From: Elsinoe ampelina
Taxonomy: Eukaryota
DNA length: 64,000 nucleotides
Direction of reading: 5' to 3'
NCBI GenBank assembly: GCA_010093995.1
Contig: ML992503.1
Span: 347,662 to 411,661 of the forward strand
Position 1 is the stretch's first letter. Each line of letters opens with the position of its first letter. Below the pieces are notes generated by a model. It saw only the letters and a program-made list of their open reading frames with translations, had not been told where the DNA came from and searched no databases. Shown piece after piece: positions 36,605-50,595 of the stretch. The position numbers and the translations under genes were made by a program.

Positions 36605-37817
36605 CGTCCTCCAAGGAGCGAAAGTCGGGGTCGACGAGGTGTATCCCAGTCCTTCGCTCCGCTTCAACGATCGATCAGATCTGCCGTGTCAGACAATCGT
36701 ATGCCACCTAGTAGTCGATTGGCAATCCTCGTATCTGCCTATCGACTTCCAGAGCCGATGTGTCTACCAGCCACACGCGCCAGGAGTATCGGTCCAAGCT
36801 CTTTTCCAATGCCGGAGTCGACAGACTGTCCAGCGCACAGCCCACGATATGTCAAGTCGGCAGTGACGGGTACCTGTCAGTGGTGACGGAGCGTGTCATG
36901 TGCGGAATCAATGTCGATCGAGATGCCAAGGTCATCAAAAGCGCAGGTTATTAAGTCGGGTATTATTGCGCACGAGACAGGAGATCGTCGAACAAGTGCC
37001 CGACAGTCGGAGATGAATGTAAAGGAGCGTGTAGGACGGATGAATACCGATCGAGCTGGAGCGGGTGTTGTGATGCTTGACTCCCGCGGTGCCTTGATGT
37101 TGGGGGACGATGTCGTAAATTCGAGGTGCCTTTCTGGGGCTCGACCCGACGAGGTGACAGGGCGCGGAAGAGCTACTTGGACGTGTCGTGGATGGTGGTG
37201 CGACGTCGAGAGTTGCGTGTGTGGGCACCAGACAGCGTTGACTGATTGGGTCGCGGCGGCGTCAAAAAGTGTGAACCTGCAAGACCCAGAGGTTCAGTAC
37301 GGATAAACAGGCATGGGTCCACGGTCGGGGGGTGCAGGCCGAGAGTTGGAGGGCACGGGCGGGCTTCAGCGTCTGACAATCAGAGGGAGAGAAGCCAGAA
37401 GCAGGGGGGATCTTGTCAAAGTCACAGCAAAAGACAAAAGATCGTCGGGCAAGGAGATTTGCTCTGGAAAACGACGCCGTGTCTTCCCTGCTCTTTTCTG
37501 GCACCGTCGATGGAGTCCGCGTCGTTATACCACAGCAGCGCGTCCAGTGCGAGTCAGCCAGAGCGGTAGAAATGTCGTCGACACCAACTCACTTCGCGGT
37601 CGAGCATCTGTTCACCGCGACGAGATCTTGGTCCTCTCTACTCTTCGTAGTTCCCAAACAGAAGACCCACCCGACCCATGGACACAGACCCTCGGCTGTC
37701 CGGCCCCTCCCGCCCCTCCCGTCGGCTAAGAAATCCCACGCGACCACGCAGCCTCACCTCCAGCTCTCCCTCACCCACCCCTCCCCCCCTCCTCTCCACC
37801 CATCCCCCCTCCTCACA

Positions 37818-38336
37818 ATGGCCACCAACGGCCCTTCCACCGAGTACAAACCCCCGCAAACCTCCCGCCCCAAACGGCCCCCCACCGGCGACGAGGAAGC
37901 CTCCGCCCAACTCCGCCTCGGCGACTTCCAGGACGTCCCCTCCCTCAACCTCTCCGAAGCGCGCTACGTGATCAACGCCGTGACGGCCTCGCGGCGAGCG
38001 GAGAAGAAGCGGCCCATCGAGAGCGAGACCCTGCTCAAAGTCCAGGAGTATCTCGAGATGTTTGCGCGGTATAAGCAGCAGGAGAGGGTGCAGGCGCTGG
38101 AGCAGGTGTTTGATAACACGGCGTTGCACAAGTTTGAGAGGAGCCAGTTGGGTGAGTTCCTTTGGTGGCGGGAGGGGTAGGGGAGGGGAAAATGCTGATT
38201 TGTGACAGGGAGTTTGTGTCCTGATACTGCGGATGAGGCCAAGACGTTGATTCCGAGTCTGGAGGGGAAGATAAGTGAGGAGGAGCTGAACGTGTTGCTG
38301 GATGAGATGAAGGAGCTGAGAAAGATTGGGGAGTGA
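37818..38336 (+). CDS. RPB4: RNA polymerase II subunit Rpb4
   Basis: DEEASAQLRLGDF...LNLSEAR...[27 protein letters not shown]; intron 38152-38208. Confidence 0.92.
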
Positions 38337-39014
38337 AAGCATTCCCATAGCATCGACCCCGTCACGATAACCGCCTCTCCTGAAGGAGAATCCCGGGACG
38401 CCTTCCCCAAACGCCGGCGCCGTCGTGGCACCACTCCAGACGAGGCGCCGAGAAGGAGAGAGAATGATTACACCCGCTAGCCACGGCGCAGGCCATCACC
38501 AGTCACGAAACAAAGAAAAAAGTCATCTTAGCAAGGCGTCACGGAAGCATTGGATCAACCAAACAGCATCACGGCATATAGCCAAAGCCCATAGACCAAC
38601 AAACAACCACAACCCAAAACCACCACAAATCCACTTGTCACCACGCATGCACCCAGTCGTCATCACTCATGTCTCATTAAACTACAATCTGTGCTTCACC
38701 CAGCCAGTCAAGCCCTTTCCACCCCAGCCACCTTGGTATTCCCTCCCATTCCCGTGCAGAGGGTATACCCCACCGCCCACCCCTCTCCCAGCGCCATGCT
38801 CGCGCGAATATGACCTCGAAGAAGAAACCCCAACTCCTCGCTCAAAGCCAACCCTGGTAAAATAGAGTATACAGTCTTCCAGAGCCAAAGGGAACAAAAC
38901 AGCGAACGTCCGTGATCCAATCGATCTCACAAATGAAAACCCCCTTCCCAGCTTTCCCCAGCCTGTTTCCCCCCTCCCTGTCCAGCGTCCCTCCTGATCG
39001 AGAAACCATCATCT

Positions 39015-42000
39015 TCACCTCCCCATCCTAGTCGGACTCCCCATCTTCCTCGGCGTCGGATCAGGATCCACCCCCAACCCTCCCGCGCCAAAATCCCCGC
39101 TCGGCTTCGGCGTAACATCCACATCCCCGAGTCCGTCCTCCCCCTCTTCTCCCTCTCCTCCACCACCCCCACCGAACTTCATCGGCGGCGTCATTCCCCC
39201 CTCCCCCACCCGTCCCTGCCCCTTCGCCTGTCCGACAGCCACGACCTCCCCGCCTCCTTGCCCCCCCTTGACCACCCCCTGCACCTCATCCCCGCTGACC
39301 ACACTCCCCTGGGAATTCGTCCTCAACATTTCCGTCGCGAGTTTACTCCCCCCTTGCTTCTCGCCCTTCTTCTTCGGGGAGCGAGCGCGGATGTTCACGT
39401 TGCCCATCTCGTCGTCTTCGTCGTCGCCTTCGGAGCTCTCGATGGCGTCTTCGTTGCTGCTGCCGCTGCCGCTGCCGGGGTTGTGGTTGGGGTTGCCGCC
39501 GCGGGAGGGGCGGAGAGGGGGTGACTTGACTTTGCGTGAGGCGCCGAGTTCGAGGATCGCGGGGGCCGAGCGTTGTTCTGTGAGGTGAGCGCGGGGTGTC
39601 GGAGTAAGGAATTTGCTTTCTTCGCTGGAGCTGCTATTGGAGTTGGGCCCGTCGCTGATGCCGAGGCCGCCGAAGTGGCGTTCAAGTTCGGCGTCGCTCC
39701 ATTCAGTGGGTTTGGCGGGGATGCTTTCGGTGGTGGTCTGGCGGATGATGGTTGGGATGCGTTCCATCTTTTCGCCACCTTGGCCGTCAAGGCTGCCGTC
39801 GATGCCGGAGCCGCTGGTCACGCTCTCTTCTCTGCTGCCTACACGTGCTTTGCTGGTTGTGCTGAATACTGCGCTAGGCACAGTGCTGGTTGGGCTTTCT
39901 CCCTCAGCGACACTGCTGCTTTTGCGAAGCCCGCTGCCTGGAATACCAGTAGGCATGTTCTGTCCGATCATAGCGGGTGTCCAGCCAGGTGGTGGAGGCT
40001 TCCACATGCACAGCCTGCCCAATACCTCGCCAAGCTTATTCGTGTCAGGCGGCTTCTCGACGAGTGCGTCGAAGTCATGAGGCGCCATGAGCTCTTTCAG
40101 ATATCCCGTGACAGCCACGATCGGAGTGTGCGTGTTTGCATTCTTCGTCTCGCGGATCATCCTGGCCACGTCTGCGCCATTGATCTGAGGCAGCTTGAAC
40201 TCCATCATGATGATGTCGAATTTGACTTCAGACATGGCGTAACGCATAGCTTCGGTCCCTGTGGTCACACTGATGGTACGACAGCGAAGCTTCTCGAGCA
40301 GCCGTTCCATGACCAATCGCGAGACCGGATGATCTTCGCAGATCAGGACGTCAAGCGGACGGAACATCGGTCCTTCAGACAAGGTAATCTGGGAAAGACG
40401 ACGAGATGATTGACGCCTACGTTGGACACGAAGAAGAGCCTTCTGACGCTGGTCCTCGGTATCGGATGACGATGGCGAGACATCAAATACCTGACTGTGA
40501 CGCTTCTGATGTGAATGCGTGGACGCTCGCTTGAGCAGAGTCAGGTCTGAAGAATTGTCGCTGTCACCCACAGTGTGCGAGCGTTGACGCGGTGAGGAGC
40601 CACCAATCCCTCTTGGTGATAGAGTCAGGTCTTCCTTGGGCGGCGCCAGCGGTACAGAAGTCTGCTTGGTCAACTTGACAGGCGATGAAGCAGCAGACTG
40701 TGCCTTGGCTAGCTTGGGAACGTCGAAGAATGATCCTGGTTGCAAAGACGAATTCGTGGTCTGCGACAAATTTGAAGAGCCACTCGACGTTTTTCGCCGC
40801 TCGTGGTGATTTGCACTGAAGGAGACGAGCAGTGGTGAAGATGGCTGCGACTGTCGATTAGGCGATGAGTTGGCTTGGCTGAGCAATGACGGTGAAGCTG
40901 GTCGAATATGCTTGTTGACGGACAGAGTCCGCTTCAGTGGGCCCGCAATGACCGGACTGGCCTCAAGAGATGGTGCGATCGCGACAGCGGAGGAGTCACC
41001 AGATTTGGCCGCCGCAGCCGCAGCAGCAACTTGATTAGACTTGCTCTGGGCTTGCATCGCTTCCGCCCTTAACTTGGAAAGGACATCTTTGTTGGCTTTC
41101 TCCAGTACAGGTAGATTCTTGAACTGGAAGCTGCCGAAGTCGTCCGGCGCGGTGGGCTCGCTGGATCGTCTATTCCGTCCATCTCTGACGTGAGGTGGAA
41201 TGTGTAGCGGCATTAGACCGCGCTTGATCGAATTGACCTTCATACGGACTCTCGACAAAGCGTCGTAAGGCCGATCAGGATAATCAGCGCCTGGAGTGCC
41301 CATTGGTGACGGAGTCTGATCTTCGAACTCGTGGCTGAAGTTCTGCGCCGTGGCACCTCGTGCGTCGAAATACTCAGTGTCTTCGGCGTGTGATGGCTGA
41401 GGCACAAAAGATGCTTCATCCTCTCGCAGAGTATCCCAATCGATATCCTCAAACCAGGGATGCGCTCGGATCTCATCGCCGCCATTTGCATACCTGTCAT
41501 CATTGTTCGCTCCCAATCTCTGCTTCGGGTCCAGTACCAGAAGTTTGTTGATCAGATCCTTGGCATCATCTGATGCACAATCCTCTTCCACATCGGGCCA
41601 CAGAATGTTGCGGGCAAGAATGTTCTGAAAGACTATTTCCGGCGTTGGGGCATGGAATGGTGGATACCCGTAGAGTGACTCGAAAAGGATGCATCCCAGA
41701 GACCACCAATCGCTCATCTCGTCTTGACCGACACCATTGATCGTTTCCGGTGCGAGGTAGTCGGGCGTGCCTACGAAACGTCTGCCGTTGTCCTCCGGAT
41801 CGAATAGTGCCATTGGTGGAGGTGGCATGGCCGCTTGATGTGGTGGCGTGCCGTTGCCCGGTCCTGGTAGTTGACTAGAATTGCTCATCACTGATGTCAA
41901 CCCGTATGCATCTGGTGAATCTGCATCTTCGCTGCCAGTCTCTTCTTCGATCGGAGTCTGCCGAGGAGGGTTTTGTAGAAGTGCATCGTCAGTCATGCTG

Positions 42001-45000
42001 AAGCGACGGAAGAGTGCTTGCAGAGCATCCGAGTCGCCACTATCACTCCGATGGCTCGAAGCTCTTCTCGACGGCTCCCTTGAATGCTCTCTGTTAAGGC
42101 TGAAGTACGATGGCTGTGAGAAATCGTGCGACATCGCTGGTGTCAAACTGGGCGTCTCCACCGGCGAATGCTGACCATTGAAGTCGAACGAGGTGGACCT
42201 TGACGAAGCAATCGATGGTGCTCGACGGAACGGGTTATGTTTCGACAAGTCTGGACCTTCGACAAGCTTTCCGTTCTGCATTCTCTTCTGTCGGCCAACG
42301 AGACCCATCCTTGATAGACCAAAATCGGTCAGTTTGAGATGGCCTTTTTGATCAATCAGCAAGTTGTCCGGCTTCAGATCTCGATGCACGATCTGTCGAC
42401 TGTGGAGATGCTGGACGCCTAGGACAACTTCTGCGAGATACTTCTTGGCCCAATCTTCAGGTAGTCCACCGAGGGTCTTGATAAGTGAAGCGCAATCTCC
42501 ACCATTAAGATACTCCATGACAAGGTACAAAAAGTCCTTGCTGGCGAATGTCCAGTACAACTTGGCAACAAAATCACTCTCGCCCTGCCACATCATGATG
42601 GCTCGTTCGGCCTTCACGTTCGTGACCTGATTCTTTGCGACCATGTCTCCTTTCTTGAGAACCTTGATTGCGTAGTAGTCACCAGTAACTTTCTTCTTCG
42701 CCAAGTAGACACTACCGAAAGCTCCTTTGCTGATCGGCTTGATGATCTCAAAGTCCTTGATCGAAGTTTGAGCAGCCTTGGGCTGTTGCGGGTTACTGAT
42801 GATACCGCTCAATCTTGGTGATGATGGCGCATTACGATACGCCTCGTTCAACGTTACCGATGATTGTCGACGATGATGGATGTGCTGTGCCCTAATAATT
42901 GGCGAAGTGAATTCGCTCGCGCTCTGCAGTGGTGAAGTGATCGGAGAAGCACTGCTCTCTCCACTTTGAACTCGAGGCTTGAAAGATCGCAGTGGAGATA
43001 ATGGTGGAGGTACATGTCCTCTTACGGGAGATTCTTGTCTGGAGCCACCCTGTAAGCTTGGAAGAGCAAGACTTGTCCGCTTTCTACCACGAGCGCTTGC
43101 GACTCTACTCAGACTGAGTTCTGTGCCTGGCGAATCTGCTCGCCTGGATGCCGAAGCCAGCGACGATCGAAAGCTGGAATCACTTTCGGCGCCAGCATCG
43201 CTCTCGAAAACGACGGACCCACGCTTCTGCTGTAGTGGCATGGAGCTCATAGATCCAACCATGGATCTTGGTGTTCGTGAGCCCATAGGACTGTTCGACC
43301 GGGTGGAACCTCCTGTAGACGATTCGCGCCTGTTACGATCCTTCCCTATCGAGGTATCTGATGCATTCCTTAATGCCATAGCAAGTGATTGTGGACCCGT
43401 GGATGATGGTGGTCTACGAATGGGCACGTTCTCAGTAGTCTTTGATGGCGCAAACTCAGGTGCCGCTTTCTCGTCGTCTCCATTGACAGACTCCACGTCG
43501 CTGGATGATCCTTCGCTCGCGTCGCTGATCTCGCCAGCAGCAATACGCTGAGCTTTTGCCAACGCTTCGTCTATACATTCTTGAACTAGAATGTCGAATT
43601 CCACACGGATACGCTCTGAATATTCAAGGATGCGGCGACATCTAAAAACGGCATCGACTTTCGCCTTGCAAAAGTTTTGAGTGTCGTCGCAGAGTAGCGA
43701 CAAGCCTTCTTCAGATTCCAGAGTTCCAGCACTCGGTGACTGCCACTGCATGACTTGTGCGATACGATTATCTGATGATGGAGATTGTGTTCGTATCTCA
43801 CCGCCACCTTCCTGTATGGTTGCTTCCTTGACCGAGGGAGTGTTGATCTCGATAGCAGTGTCGCACAAGTCCAGGACGAGTTCGACGATGCGACCGAGCG
43901 GGCGACGGACGGCGAATGACTTCGCCCTATGATGTCCAAAGCCGGATGCAGAGGATTCTCTCGTACGTGACTGGGACACGGCTGGAGATGCACGTCCTGA
44001 TGACTGGCCTGATGATGGGTTCGAAGGAGATTGTGTGGGTGGACCAATTGCCAATCCCTTGTACTCTGCCGTTGGTGCAGGCATTGGAGAACCGTTGTCG
44101 TTCGCACTAGCTCGCACTCTCTTTGCCTGTTGCTCCAACGCATCAAGTACCTTGACAATGGCGGACCTATGCTCGGTGAGAGCTTCATGGGCAAGCTGAA
44201 CCTCCATCTCAGCACGATGCTCTTGCAAACACAGCTCGGTGTGCTTCTCGAACCACCAAGGAATGATCGAACGTTCACAGATGCGGCAGAGTACTGGGAC
44301 TGGTGGCGGATGGCTTCCGGATTCGGTGATGGTTGTGTTGGTGAGGTTGTTGAGGTACTGAGCAAGAACATGAGCGCCTATGCCCAGTGACTCCACCAGA
44401 ACTTCTGGTAAGTCAATTGTGATCTCTCGTGGTATAGCTGGCTTGATCATCCACATAGTCTGCTGGTGGTCAGTCACCTGAGGATCCACGACAGTGAGAA
44501 GCTGCTTTGCTTACATGACTCTCTTCGCCGGTGCTGCGATCGTATACCATGATGCCTTGAGCTTCAAGACCGACCTCTGACGGCCCATCGTCATCCTGAG
44601 ACGTCAAGGCATCCTCGTTCAGCTTGCTAATTCCAGTCTTGTTCTGTCCAGCATCGTCCTGCACAGCTGTCCTTGGTCTCTGCTGGGACGGTACATGAAA
44701 GCGAATGATTCTCGATTTGGTGTCATCACGACGCATTGCCTCTATAGCATCGGTAAAAATGGTCTTATGATCGCTCGATATGATCTCGGAGATCTTCTTG
44801 TCTTTCAGCGTGTCCGGTGCAATGCCCGTTAGTTGCTCCCATGATGGGCTAACCCATCGGATAGCACCGTCTAGGTTAAGGTCCATTATAGCATTGACGG
44901 ATTGCTCGGCAGCTCTTTTAAGATCTTCTCTTTCTTCCCGTATGTCCTGGCTGACTGATCGCTCCATGTGGCCACGAGTTGCGAGGTTCTCGTTGGCTTC

Positions 45001-45063
45001 CTCCTTGAGGGCGGCCACGACCGGTGGCACCAGCATGGAGGAAGGTTGCCCTTCGGACGCCAT
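39015..45063 (-). CDS. RIM15: Rim15/Cek1 Ser/Thr kinase with PAS, C2H-type Zn finger, split kinase and receiver domains
   Basis: PAS-like IRWVSPSWEQLTG; CRICER...KHTELC; KPISKGAFGSVYLAKK, HRDLKPDN, DFGLS, long insert, FVGTPDYLAPE; receiver VLICEDHPV...FDIIMME; intron about 44460-44514. Confidence 0.95.
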
Positions 45064-45902
45064 GTTTGTACAGATCTATTTCCTCCTCGTTGTATTTCCA
45101 GCTTGTAGGGCCCTGTGGGCCGAGTGACGCAGCTCAAACGAGCTGAGCGAACATACCCACCATGACTGCCGGTCCAAGATAGGTAGTGAGCCGGAGTCGT
45201 GGTCGGAGATATAAGCGGTATAGGTGGGTCGAGAGTATGAAGGGAGGAGGTGAAGTTGAAAGAGACGGTCTGAGCCGTAGCTCTGCCAGACTGTGCTGCA
45301 GGCAAGTTAGACGAGGTCGCAGATGTTTGGCATCCTCCACACTGGGCTTGTCAACGGTGCAGAGAGGAACTTCCTGGAGGGCTTGCCAGAAAGGTGCACT
45401 AGGGTTTAGCCTAGACGTTGGCACGCTGCACGAAGCGGGGAAATGGCCCGAAGCTATTTCCTGAGACGGCGCCGCTCTTGCCGGGAGACACGACAAAGAA
45501 GCAATTCTGCTGTACGCGTTTCGTGGAAGGTCTACGCGGTTCGTGAGGGTCATTTGCCAATGAGCGAGCGATGCGTCTTCTTGGACAATTTTCTCGCATC
45601 TCATGACCAGATTGTCATGATCAGCCTCGGACGCGCGTTGTCAACAAAAAGGGATTCACATTATCATCATAACACGGGCGCCATGGCCTTGATCCACGGA
45701 AAATGATGATGGTCAAGTGTGATTCCTTGCTATATAGTTAAACTGCTCAAAAGCCTGCCTACTAAAACACTAAAGACGGTCATAATCATCGTCACCTTGC
45801 CCCGTGACCGCAGCTACTGGCTACTCGTCCCCTTGTTCGCCATCTTGACATCTCCTCGTTATGGTATACATAATGATCATCTCATGTCCAGTGAAAGGTC
45901 GT

Positions 45903-46900
45903 CTATGCCTTTGCCTCTGCATTCTTCGGGCAGCTCGAGCAAGCGCAAGCACCAGGTTCGCAAGGGCATTTACCGAGGTCACTACCGCAGTTGCACTTGG
46001 TCTTGTTGGTACCAGGAATCTGCTCAAGACCAGCAGTCTCGGCGTCAACCTTTGAGGTGTTCTTTGCATCCGGGTTCTTGCCACAGCCAGAGCAGCCGCA
46101 TTTGCCAGGAGCGCAGGGGCACTTGCCAGCAGTGGCACTGCACGAGCACTCGGTTCGGCTTGGGTCGTCTGCCTTGGGGTGCATGTCCTGGGCCTTGCCT
46201 CCCTTGAGGTCGGCGAGATGACGAGCTTCGTTGTGAACATCGAGGACTTGCTTGTTGCCTTCAAGGTAGAAAGCTCTGACACGCTGACCAGTGGGTGTCT
46301 CGAGAGCCTTGTCGAAGTAGGAGGTCAATGACTGCCAGGCAGACTGACCGGTCGCCGAGACCTTGTATTTTGCATCGGCGGCCTGAGCCTTCTCGGTGGC
46401 CTTATACTTCTGATCGAAGTTGGTGAGGGCAGAAGTGAACTTCTTGCTGATGCCGTGCTGATTGTCAAGGGCGATAGCGCGCTCGATAGCCTTGTCGCTG
46501 ATGGTGTATCCATGGGCGAGGTATTCGGCAACAATGCGGGAGCGGGGCTTGTCCTCTTGCGTGATATCATCACCGGTAGCTTCAGTGGTACCTGCTGCCT
46601 TCTCCGAGCTGGAGGAGGCGCTATCGGAAGTAACCTCTACTTGGTTGGGGCCGAGTTGGGTGTTGTCGAGGAGGAGGGCAGTCTTTGCTGCGGTCTCCTT
46701 CTCAAAGGACACGCTGGCAGTTTTTGTGCCATCGGTGCCATCGTTGAGCTTGAGGGACGAGATCTTGCCGCTTCACAAATGTCAGTCGTGCTCTTTAGAG
46801 GTCCGTATGGCTGGAGAACTTACCAAAAGCTGAAGAAATCGCGGACCTCTTTCTCGCCAGTCTGGGTGGAGATGTTCTTGACGTGTACAGTTGAAGACAT
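45903..46900 (-). CDS. Vip1-like RRM protein with two C-terminal Cys-rich repeats
   Basis: MSSTVHVKNISTQTGEKEVRDFFSFCGKI RRM (intron 46771-46823), VSFEKETAAKTALLL, QEDKPRSRIVAEYLAHGY and VLDVHNEARHLADL. Confidence 0.85.
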
Positions 46901-48806
46901 TGTTGAGATTGTGAATGTGACTTTGGTGTCTGAATGAAGAATTGGGGTATCGATGGGTTAGAGTTGGTCTTTCGCGAGAGGAATTGTGGTTTTATAGAAA
47001 GGAAAACTGTTTTGCAAGGGGCGTATTTCTGAAGCCTTGAGAGAAGGAGGGGAGCTCGCCTGCGACGTCATTCGGGCAAGAACAAGCCACAAAGACCCTT
47101 GAATCGACCTTCTTTGGGCGAGAGAATTGTGCGGTGCAAGTAGAGTTTCACGCACAAAACACGCACATCGGGGGAAAACTCACATGTCAGAATGGTTGCA
47201 GACGCCAGACTGCCGGTGCTTGGATGGAGATCTTCTGAAGTGTGCGGCTGCGGTTTAGAGACAGTGCTTCCACAGTATTCTTTCGCAGGCATCTGCATTC
47301 TGGTGGATTCCGATTTGACCGCGAGATGCATGCGCCTCACAAATTCGTCTCGACCGTCTGGCCATAGGATCGCCTGGCCGTGGCAGTGATCATGAGGGGC
47401 AAAATAGCTGCCTACCTGTTTTCCAAGGACTGACAGTGTTCCACCCCAGGTGATCTTGGTTCTGTTCAGATGCCACCGTATTTAGCATAATTGCACGGCT
47501 GCGATCCAAGGCTGGCTTCTGCTCGTGGTCGCTGGAGCGTTATCGCTGCAAAGTCGCTGATGTCATCAAAGGCTATTGTTTCATCCAACTTTCATCACCG
47601 ATGTGACACTCACTACTGCCATGACTTGGGACACGCTGCAGTTTCACGCACTTGATCATTTACCTCGACGACACGGAGATTTTCTGCAGCGGCAGATGTG
47701 CTGGCCTAGCAGATGTGAACCCCAAATGCGCCCCACTCGAGTAGCGCAGCCAAAATGGTTGAGACGGATGCAGTTCATGGCTTCATGCAGGGATGTGCTG
47801 TCCACACGATAAAGCCCAGCGACTTCTCACGACTCAACTTCGAAAGCGGTGTGCTTGGTGGCGGCACATCGCGGCCAGGCCAAGGTCAAAGAAGCAAAGG
47901 GCCAACCTCGTCGTTCCTTCGGACCTGCAAGCCCACATCCACTAGTCCCGATGACATTTGGTCAAGATTCGCCTGGCGGTGAAGGTATCAGAACGACTGC
48001 CGTGTTGCCCGAGGCTGTCATTCGTTTCATGTTGGCATGTCGATGCACTGACTGTACTAATATTGCTCTTCCGTGTGGGCCACTTTGGTCCATGAGGCAT
48101 GGGCAGCACCTCACGAGCCCATCTGCGCAAGCGGCGATCGAACGTATCTTTCTGCCCTGATCCTTTGAGCATTCTCCGTGTACTACCGAGAGATATGGAA
48201 AGATAAGGCATGTGAAAGGAGATGATGCTGTCTCTCTCCATCAACTTATAAGCTCGACAATATCGAGACACTTGGCCTATACAGCAGTAAGTGCAATTAC
48301 CTAGGCAAAAGCACACGGGTTTGGCGCATCTGAAGATCAGTTCCAGGATCCAAGAGGCCATTTCTCTGGCTCACCTCCACTTTCCGATCTCTTGATTGGC
48401 CCAGCCTAGAAACCTAGCTCTCGGGATCATTCGCAGATCCACTCTCGGAGAGCATTCCCGCGTTGTCCAAACAGGCAATTAACGATTGATTTCCGATTGC
48501 GCTGCTGTTGTTGCAGTCGTCTCCCCTGGAGCCTCTGCTGGGCTCTCTGGACGAAAGGACACTGCCAACTTTTGCTAACGCACGCTGCTCGAATTTTTCC
48601 AGAGACTTCGACGTTATATCCTGGGCTGATTCATTCCTCTCCCTGTTCCCGGCGACAACGACGTTGCAACCGTTTTATCAGAAAGCTCTCCCTCCGACTT
48701 CATTCCTACTGTTGCAATTCGCCTCCCTGCTGGCTTCGCTCGGACCGGCGACTTCGGCGTCTTACCCTCCACCACAGGCCCTCTCTCACTATTCCCCGGG
48801 CCTAAC

Positions 48807-50595
48807 ATGTTCTTCAGTCGGCGTCCGCGACAACGACCTGATTTTGACAAATTTCCTGCGCAACAACTATTCATCCTTGGTGCGTTCTACATGGCATATC
48901 CAGACCTACCTGACACAAAGACTGATGGCGAACAGCACTCATTCGCGTCAGTGAACCAATAGCCCTTACCTCGATATTTCCCTATGCATGGAAGCTGGTC
49001 CTCCATTTCAACGTCGGAGATCGTAGCAATGCCTCTTTCTACGCCGGCATTCTCATCTCAGCGTTCTCTCTGGCAGAGGCGCTCACTGGAATGTACGTTT
49101 CGCACTACCTCAAGTGTAACCAAAACCAGGCTAACTTACCAGGTATTGGGGATCCTTGTCGGATCGCATAGGCCGCAAACCAGTCCTCCTCTTTGGATGT
49201 CTAGGCACCATCCTTTCCCTCCTCGTAGTCGGTCTGTCACAGAACTTCTGGGTAGCACTAGCGGGGAGAGCATTGGGAGGTTTCCTCAATGGCAATATTG
49301 GCGTGATCCAGACAATGGTGGGAGAAGTGACGGTAAATCCCAAGCATGAACCGAAAGCGTACTCGGTCATGCCTTTCGTCTGGTCGATCGGTACTATCAT
49401 CGGTCCTTCGATAGGAGGATTCTTCGCGGCTCCTTCAGAGCATTATCCGGACATGTTCTCTCCGGAGGGTGCCTTTGGACGCTTTCCGTACTTGCTGCCA
49501 AACGTGGTATGCGCGTGTATGATGCTCGGGTCGATCATCGCTGGTTGGTTCCTTCTCGATGAGACGCATCCTGATATGCAGCCATGGAGCTCGAACAACG
49601 ACATCCCCAACGCGACAATGCAAGCCCCGACGCAAGAAGCCGAGACTCCTCTTATCCCCGCGCAAGCCACCATGACGACTCCAGCCGCCAATCTCGCTCA
49701 CGAAGCGTCGTACGGAACTTTCAATCCTGTCGTGGTCGAGCACACAGAAGAATGGAGGGTCCATCCCGATGGGCGTCCAAGTTCGATCAGTTCTGAGGTC
49801 TTCCCAGAGAAGGTCTTCACCCGTCGCATCGTCATGCTCACCGTGGCGCTCGGGATCTTCACCTACCACTCCATGACCTACGATCACCTGCTCCCAATTT
49901 TCCTGCAAGACCATAGAGTCGGGAACATTACCATCAACGGTGGTAGTGTTTTCGACGGCGGTCTCGGATTAACGATCCAGCAAGTCGGCATGATTATGTC
50001 GGTCAATGGTTTGATCGCTTTGTTCGTCCAGGCGGTGATTTTCCCACTCATGGCGAGCTGGCTCGGAGTGTGGAAGCTTTTCATCCTCGTCACGGTGATG
50101 CACCCAATCGAGTACATCATCGTTCCTTATCTGGCACTGCTACCAGAACACCTCGTCTACGCAGGCATCTACACCTGCTTGACGATCCGGAATGTTCTTT
50201 CGATCATGGCGTACCCAGTACTCCTAATCCTGATCAAGGAAGCAGCACCATCACACACTTGCCTTGGCAAGATCAATGGTCTGGCGGCCAGTACTGGTGC
50301 GGCATGTCGAACAATGGCGAGTCCGATAGCAGGCTATCTGTATGGTGTCGGCATCCAAGTCAACTTCACCGCACTCGCATGGTTTGCCAGTGCTGCTGTG
50401 GCGGTTATCGGAGCCGTCCAGGCATTCTTCATCGGCCAGACCAAGCCATTTGAGACCCATCATATCGCTAGCAGGGCGCCGTGTGCTCTAGGACGCGAGC
50501 AGGTCGACCGCAAGATCGTCCATGTCAGTGTGCAGCAAATCGATTCGGACGAAGAATGCGAGACGACAGAGAACACCCGACTGCTCTCAACTTGA
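48807..50595 (+). CDS. MFS transporter (YCR023C/ZIFL-like)
   Basis: FPAQQLFIL, EPIALTSIFPY, WGSLSDRIGRKP, LNGNIGV, GPSIGG, FPYLLPN and LGKINGLA; introns about 48880-48935 and 49094-49143. Confidence 0.88.
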
